The position numbers and the translations under genes are program-made. Under the pieces are notes generated by a model. It was not told the DNA's origin, made no database searches, and was given only the letters and a program-made list of their open reading frames with translations. Below, piece by piece: positions 59,429 to 64,000 of a stretch of 64,000 bases of DNA. Positions within the stretch are counted from its first letter, which is position 1. Each line of letters opens with the position of its first letter. This stretch comes from Prochlorococcus sp. AG-347-K19 (GTDB lineage: Bacteria; Cyanobacteriota; Cyanobacteriia; PCC-6307; Cyanobiaceae): positions 3,804 through 67,803 of the forward strand of contig QCCG01000004.1 of the NCBI GenBank assembly GCA_003281335.1. The letters run 5' to 3'.

Positions 59429-60370
59429 ATGGTTTCATCAATACCAACTCAGTCAGAACAACCCAAAAGGAGGAGTAGTGATCCAATTAGTTGGTACTTG
59501 CAGAATATTGGTAGAGTCCCCTTATTAACCCCAGCCGAAGAGATTGAATTGGGTAATCAAGTCCAGAAGATGATGATTCTTACAGAAGATGGACAATTAA
59601 ATGAAAAGATTAATGATTTTACAACTCAACAAAAAAGAATTATAAAAATTGGTCGAAGAGCTAAAGAAAGAATGATGAAAGCTAATTTAAGATTAGTTGT
59701 AAGTGTGGCAAAAAAATATCAAGGAAAAGGACTTGAATTACTTGATTTGGTACAAGAAGGTTCGCTTGGGTTGGAGAGGGCTGTTGAAAAATTTGATCCG
59801 ACAAGAGGATATAAGTTTTCTACTTATGCCTTTTGGTGGATTAGGCAGAGTATGACAAGAGCAATTGCTTGTCAATCAAGAACAATCCGTTTACCTGTTC
59901 ACTTAAGTGAAAGGTTAGCTTCTATTAGAAAAGTTAGTAGAGATTTGGCTCATAAGCTTGGTGCTATGCCAAGCAGAATTGAAATTGCAGAGGCAATGGA
60001 AATTGATGTCGAAGAATTGGATTCTGTTTTAAGACAAGCTTTATCGACAAGTAGTTTAGATGCTCCAGTAAATGGTGATGATGGAAGGAGCTTTTTAGGT
60101 GATTTAATTGCAGACAGTAATAATGAAGAGCCTTTAGATCAAGTTGAACAGAAAATGCACCAAGAGCAACTTGGTAAGTGGTTGAGTCATTTAAGCGAGC
60201 AAGAACAACATGTTCTCAAACTAAGGTTTGGACTTGATGCAAATGAGAGACATACGCTTGCAGAAATTGGAAGATTATTGGAAGTTTCTAGAGAGAGAGT
60301 AAGACAAGTTGAACTTAAGGCACTAAGAAAATTGCGGAATTTAACTAGAAAATTACCTAGCGGTATTTAA
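59429..60370 (+). CDS. RNA polymerase sigma factor, group 2 (RpoD-like)
   Basis: Region 2 (LRLVVSVAKKYQGKGLELLDLVQEGSLGLERAVEKFDPTRGYKFSTYAFWWIRQ) and region 4 (TLAEIGRLLEVSRERVRQVE). The short N-terminus indicates group 2. Confidence 0.93.
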   Translation: MVSSIPTQSEQPKRRSSDPISWYLQNIGRVPLLTPAEEIELGNQVQKMMILTEDGQLNEKINDFTTQQKRIIKIGRRAKERMMKANLRLVVSVAKKYQGKGLELLDLVQEGSLGLERAVEKFDPTRGYKFSTYAFWWIRQSMTRAIACQSRTIRLPVHLSERLASIRKVSRDLAHKLGAMPSRIEIAEAMEIDVEELDSVLRQALSTSSLDAPVNGDDGRSFLGDLIADSNNEEPLDQVEQKMHQEQLGKWLSHLSEQEQHVLKLRFGLDANERHTLAEIGRLLEVSRERVRQVELKALRKLRNLTRKLPSGI

Positions 60371-60371
60371 T

Positions 60372-61445
60372 CTAATCTTCTGCCCAAATATATTTGGTTA
60401 ATTCTTCTGAGGGGGGTTCAGGAGCTTCAACAGCATTTTTAACTGACTCCGATATCTCTGCATCAATTTTCTTTTCAATAATTTTTAATTCTTCTTCCGT
60501 TGCGAATTTACCGTTAACAATTTCTTTGGCTAATTTCTTAATAGGATCTCTTTTTCCCCAAAACTCCTTCTCTTTTTCAGACCTTAATTCATCTGGATCT
60601 GCAAGAGAATGTCCTCTATACCTGTAAGTTAAACATTCTAAAAGTGTGGGACCTTCACCTGCTCTAGCGCGCTCAATTGCTCTTTGTGCTGCTCCTCTTA
60701 CTGCTAATACATCCATTCCATCAACTTCTTCGCCGTGCATACCAAAAGCAGAAGCTTTCCTCCAGATTTCGGGATTACTAGTAGCCCTATCATGAGCCAT
60801 ACCAATAGCCCATTTATTATTTTCAACAACAAAAATTATGGGTAATTTCCATAACTGGGCCATATTTAAACATTCAAAAAACTGCCCATTATTGCAAGTA
60901 CCATCCCCAAAGAATGCTGCAGTTACAGCATCACTTTTGGTATTACCAGCAACTTCCTTTTTGTATTTACTTGAAAAGGCTGCCCCTAAGGCAACTGGGA
61001 TTCCCTCTCCAATAAATGCATATCCTCCGAGTAAGTGATGCTCTCTTGAAAATAAGTGCATGGATCCACCTCGGCCTTTGCTACAACCAGTAGCTTTACC
61101 AAAAAGTTCACTCATTACTTCAAACGAAGGAACACCAGCACTTAGTGCATGAACATGATCGCGATAGGTACTACAAAACCAATCATGTTTCTTTTTCATA
61201 GCCCCAATTACTCCCGTGCTTATAGCCTCTTGACCGTTATATAAATGTACGAAACCAAACATTTTTCCCCTGTAATACATTTCCGCACATTTATCTTCAA
61301 ACCTACGCCCAAGCGTCATGTCTTCATAAAGAAATAATCCGGTTTCTCGATCTAATTCGGCTTTTTTTATGTCTTGAAGATTTGAGATTCTCTCTACGTG
61401 TGTTTCCAAGAAAAATACCTTAATGAAGTTTTGATTTGTTAACAT
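60372..61445 (-). CDS. pdhA: Pyruvate dehydrogenase E1 component, alpha subunit
   Basis: Contains [10 protein letters not shown], the TPP-binding [14 protein letters not shown]...N and [12 protein letters not shown]. Confidence 0.95.
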   Translation of the reverse strand: MLTNQNFIKVFFLETHVERISNLQDIKKAELDRETGLFLYEDMTLGRRFEDKCAEMYYRGKMFGFVHLYNGQEAISTGVIGAMKKKHDWFCSTYRDHVHALSAGVPSFEVMSELFGKATGCSKGRGGSMHLFSREHHLLGGYAFIGEGIPVALGAAFSSKYKKEVAGNTKSDAVTAAFFGDGTCNNGQFFECLNMAQLWKLPIIFVVENNKWAIGMAHDRATSNPEIWRKASAFGMHGEEVDGMDVLAVRGAAQRAIERARAGEGPTLLECLTYRYRGHSLADPDELRSEKEKEFWGKRDPIKKLAKEIVNGKFATEEELKIIEKKIDAEISESVKNAVEAPEPPSEELTKYIWAED

Positions 61446-61558
61446 TCTAAGCGGTGAGGGGCGATTTTCATGATTTTTTTTAATAACTCTGTAAGACCTT
61501 GTGAAAAAAATTTTTAACTTGATAAAATTTGTCTAAGAATTTTCAATAGGATATTTGT

Positions 61559-63664
61559 TTGGAACTTCCTTTAGACCATTTTCGTTTGATTGGCGTAAGC
61601 CCCTCTTCAACTTCTGAGGAAATATTAAGGGCGTTTCAACTGCGTTTAGATAAAACACCTGATGAAGGTTTTACTTATGAAGTCTTAACCCAAAGATCTG
61701 AGTTGCTTCGCCTCACTGCCGATCTACTTACAGACCCAGAAAGCAGAAGAGAGTACGAAAATTTGTTATTAAATGGGAATTCTGGATTAGATTTTTCCTC
61801 AAATAGAGAAGTGGCAGGATTAATACTTCTTTGGGAATCTGGTTCACCAAAAGAAGCTTTTAAAATTACGAGAAAAGCATTGCAGCCCCCACAAACTCCA
61901 GCTTTAGGAAGTAGTAGAGAAGCTGATTTAACATTATTGGCTGCTTTAACAGCTAGAGATTCTGCAATTCAAGAACAACAGCTTAGATCCTATTCGAACG
62001 CTGCAGACTTTTTACAAGAAGGTATACAACTTCTACAAAGAATGGGAAAGCTTGGAAACATAAGAAAAGAACTTGAAGAAGATTTGGTTGCTTTACTTCC
62101 TTACAGAATCCTAGATCTACTTAGTAGGGATCTAAATGATCAAGAGTCTCATAAAAAAGGGTTAAGTATGTTGGAAAATTTAATAATCAAAAGAGGTGGT
62201 TTGGAAGGTAATAATAAATCTGAATATAAAGATTATTTAAATCAGCAAGAGTTTGAAGTTTTTTTTCAACAAATCAAGCCATTTTTGACAGTGCAAGAAC
62301 AGATTGATTTGTTTCTTGAACTACAAAAAAGAGGATCATTAGAAGCAGGATTTTTAGCATTTTTGTCCTTAACAGCTATTGGTTTCTCTAGAAGAAAGCC
62401 AGAAAAATTATTTGAAGCTAGGAGAATTTTAAAGAAACTAAATTTATCTGGTCTTGATTCAATGCCTCTAGTTGGTTGTTTGGATTTGCTTTTAGCTGAT
62501 ATTGACCAGGCCTCTGCAAGGTTTTCAAGCAGTTCTGATGAAAATTTACGAGATTGGCTTAACAATTATCCTGGAAATAAGTTAGAAGCGGTATGTATTT
62601 TCTGTAAAAATTGGTTAGAAAATGATGTTTTAGTTGGCTATAGAGACATTGACTCAAAAGAGGTAGATTTAGATTCTTGGTTTGATGATAGGGAAATTCA
62701 AGAATTTATTGAAAAATTAGAAAAGAAATCAAATAAGATTGCAATTAGATCAAATCTTCAAAACAAACAAACTGAGAAGGAATCCTCCACAAAAATGACT
62801 GAAGATTTTGATAATATATCGGGTAATATTGATGAAAGAAGGTTACCTTGGCCTGGAGGCATAAAACAAGGCTATGAAAAGGTTGAGACCAAAGAAATAG
62901 AATTCAACGAGGAATACTTTAAGAAAAAACCAATTGAGTTTTATAATTTTTTAATTGAAAAAATTGCTGAATTAAAGTTTAGTTTTGGGGAATTCTTAAA
63001 GGATAAAGAGATAATTAATCGGTCGCCATATTTAATTTATATCTATGCGTTCTTTATCTTATTTGCGTTTGGTATTGGGATTGGATTTTTAAGAAATAAT
63101 TTTAAAAAATCTTTGCAGGACGAATCTATTGCTGAAAAACCTCTAATTGCTAAAGATAAAAATCAAAAGCTTAGTGAGATAGATATTATTCAAGAAATAA
63201 AAAAAAATCCTTCAAGTAAATTGAATTCTTTTTCTGAGAAATCTACTTCAATTATTTCCTATGAATTCAAAGAACTTAATACTGCTTCACCTTCTCTGAA
63301 AGATATTAGGAATTTAATTAATGAATGGCTTCTTAATAAAAGTAATTACTTAGCTGGAAAGGGCGAAGTTAATCTTTCTAAGATTGTTAGTAAAGGTCTA
63401 ATTGATCGAACAATCGAAGAAAGACAGAACGATATCAAGAAAGGAATTTATAAGGAAATTAATTCAAAAATACGTAAAATTGATTTGGAATCACAAACTT
63501 CATCTCGGATAGTTGTTTTAGTAGAATTGAATTATCTTGAGAGGTTAGTAAACAATTCTGGAGAATTTATTAATGAAACATCTTTAAATCCCCTTAAAGT
63601 TAAATATATTTTGGGTTTTTCAAATAAATCGTGGAAATTGGTTGATTTCGTGAGCGGCTTGTAA
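61559..63664 (+). CDS. ftn2: Cell division protein Ftn2/ZipN (ARC6 homolog), J-like domain without HPD
   Basis: N-terminus MELPLDHFRLIGVSPSSTSEEILRAF...DPESRREYE, a central TM (LIYIYAFFILFAFGIGIGF) and an ARC6-like C-terminal domain. TTG start. Confidence 0.8.
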   Translation: MELPLDHFRLIGVSPSSTSEEILRAFQLRLDKTPDEGFTYEVLTQRSELLRLTADLLTDPESRREYENLLLNGNSGLDFSSNREVAGLILLWESGSPKEAFKITRKALQPPQTPALGSSREADLTLLAALTARDSAIQEQQLRSYSNAADFLQEGIQLLQRMGKLGNIRKELEEDLVALLPYRILDLLSRDLNDQESHKKGLSMLENLIIKRGGLEGNNKSEYKDYLNQQEFEVFFQQIKPFLTVQEQIDLFLELQKRGSLEAGFLAFLSLTAIGFSRRKPEKLFEARRILKKLNLSGLDSMPLVGCLDLLLADIDQASARFSSSSDENLRDWLNNYPGNKLEAVCIFCKNWLENDVLVGYRDIDSKEVDLDSWFDDREIQEFIEKLEKKSNKIAIRSNLQNKQTEKESSTKMTEDFDNISGNIDERRLPWPGGIKQGYEKVETKEIEFNEEYFKKKPIEFYNFLIEKIAELKFSFGEFLKDKEIINRSPYLIYIYAFFILFAFGIGIGFLRNNFKKSLQDESIAEKPLIAKDKNQKLSEIDIIQEIKKNPSSKLNSFSEKSTSIISYEFKELNTASPSLKDIRNLINEWLLNKSNYLAGKGEVNLSKIVSKGLIDRTIEERQNDIKKGIYKEINSKIRKIDLESQTSSRIVVLVELNYLERLVNNSGEFINETSLNPLKVKYILGFSNKSWKLVDFVSGL

Positions 63665-63711
63665 TTACAAACTTCAAGATCATCTATAATAGATAAAATT
63701 ACTTTTTAATA

Positions 63712-64000
63712 ATGTTTGATGAACTCTCGTCACGCTTTGAAGATGCAGTAAAGGGTTTAAGAGGCCAAGCAAAAATTAGTGAAAATAATATAGACGATGC
63801 CTTGAAGGAGGTAAAAAGAGCACTCCTTGATGCAGATGTTAGTTTGTCTGTAGTAAAAGAGTTTATATCAGATGTCAAAGATAAAGCTATTGGTGAAGAA
63901 GTAGTTAGGGGTGTAAACCCAGGTCAAAAATTTATTGAAGTTGTAAATAAAGAATTGATTAACATTATGGGGAATGAAAATTCTCCATTAAACGAAAATG
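63712..64000 (+). CDS. ffh: Signal recognition particle protein Ffh, N-terminal part (continues past the right edge)
   Basis: MFDELSSRFEDAVKGLRGQAKISENNIDDALKEVKRALLDADVSLSVVKEF is the canonical Ffh N-domain. Confidence 0.95.
   Translation, partial: MFDELSSRFEDAVKGLRGQAKISENNIDDALKEVKRALLDADVSLSVVKEFISDVKDKAIGEEVVRGVNPGQKFIEVVNKELINIMGNENSPLNEN

Overview
The window looks like core chromosome of a high-light-adapted Prochlorococcus marinus (inference). It is very AT-rich and tightly packed, with kaiB-kaiC but no kaiA, a Ni-SOD cluster (sodN/sodX plus a His-rich permease), an HLIP gene, clpR-clpP and the cyanobacterial division gene ftn2/zipN. I call about 65 protein genes, nearly all housekeeping: RNase Z, truB, rpmA/rplU, purD/purC, bamA-lpxC-fabZ-lpxA-lpxB, pepA, tyrS, pyrF, plsY, glgX, hupB, ilvC, panB, ftsZ/ftsQ/ddl, miaB, folC, argD, murA, lpdA, trpC, lnt, mnmA, nnr, a group-2 sigma factor, pdhA and the ffh 5' end. 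RNA genes are three tRNAs (Gly-UCC, His-GUG, Leu-CAA) and the SRP (4.5S) RNA. I found no transposase, integrase, CRISPR array, prophage or recognisable defence system, so I cannot support a large novel multi-gene system here. The second-look items are small-scale. (1) A 624-bp spacer upstream of hupB holds a C9 tract, a thrice-repeated CTAG motif and a GC-rich islet with a 45-codon Cys-rich ORF mirrored by an antisense ORF. (2) Two translationally coupled single-TM mini-ORFs lie between tRNA-Leu and murA. (3) Two genes (sodX, a trmH-family methyltransferase) have conserved N-terminal motifs upstream of any canonical start codon. (4) A GIY-YIG-like gene is split by a frameshift. (5) tRNA-Leu ends 5 nt before the argD start codon. 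(6) An uncharacterised TM protein is translationally coupled to ftsQ in the ddl-ftsQ-ftsZ cluster. All functional calls rest on motifs read by eye, with no database search.
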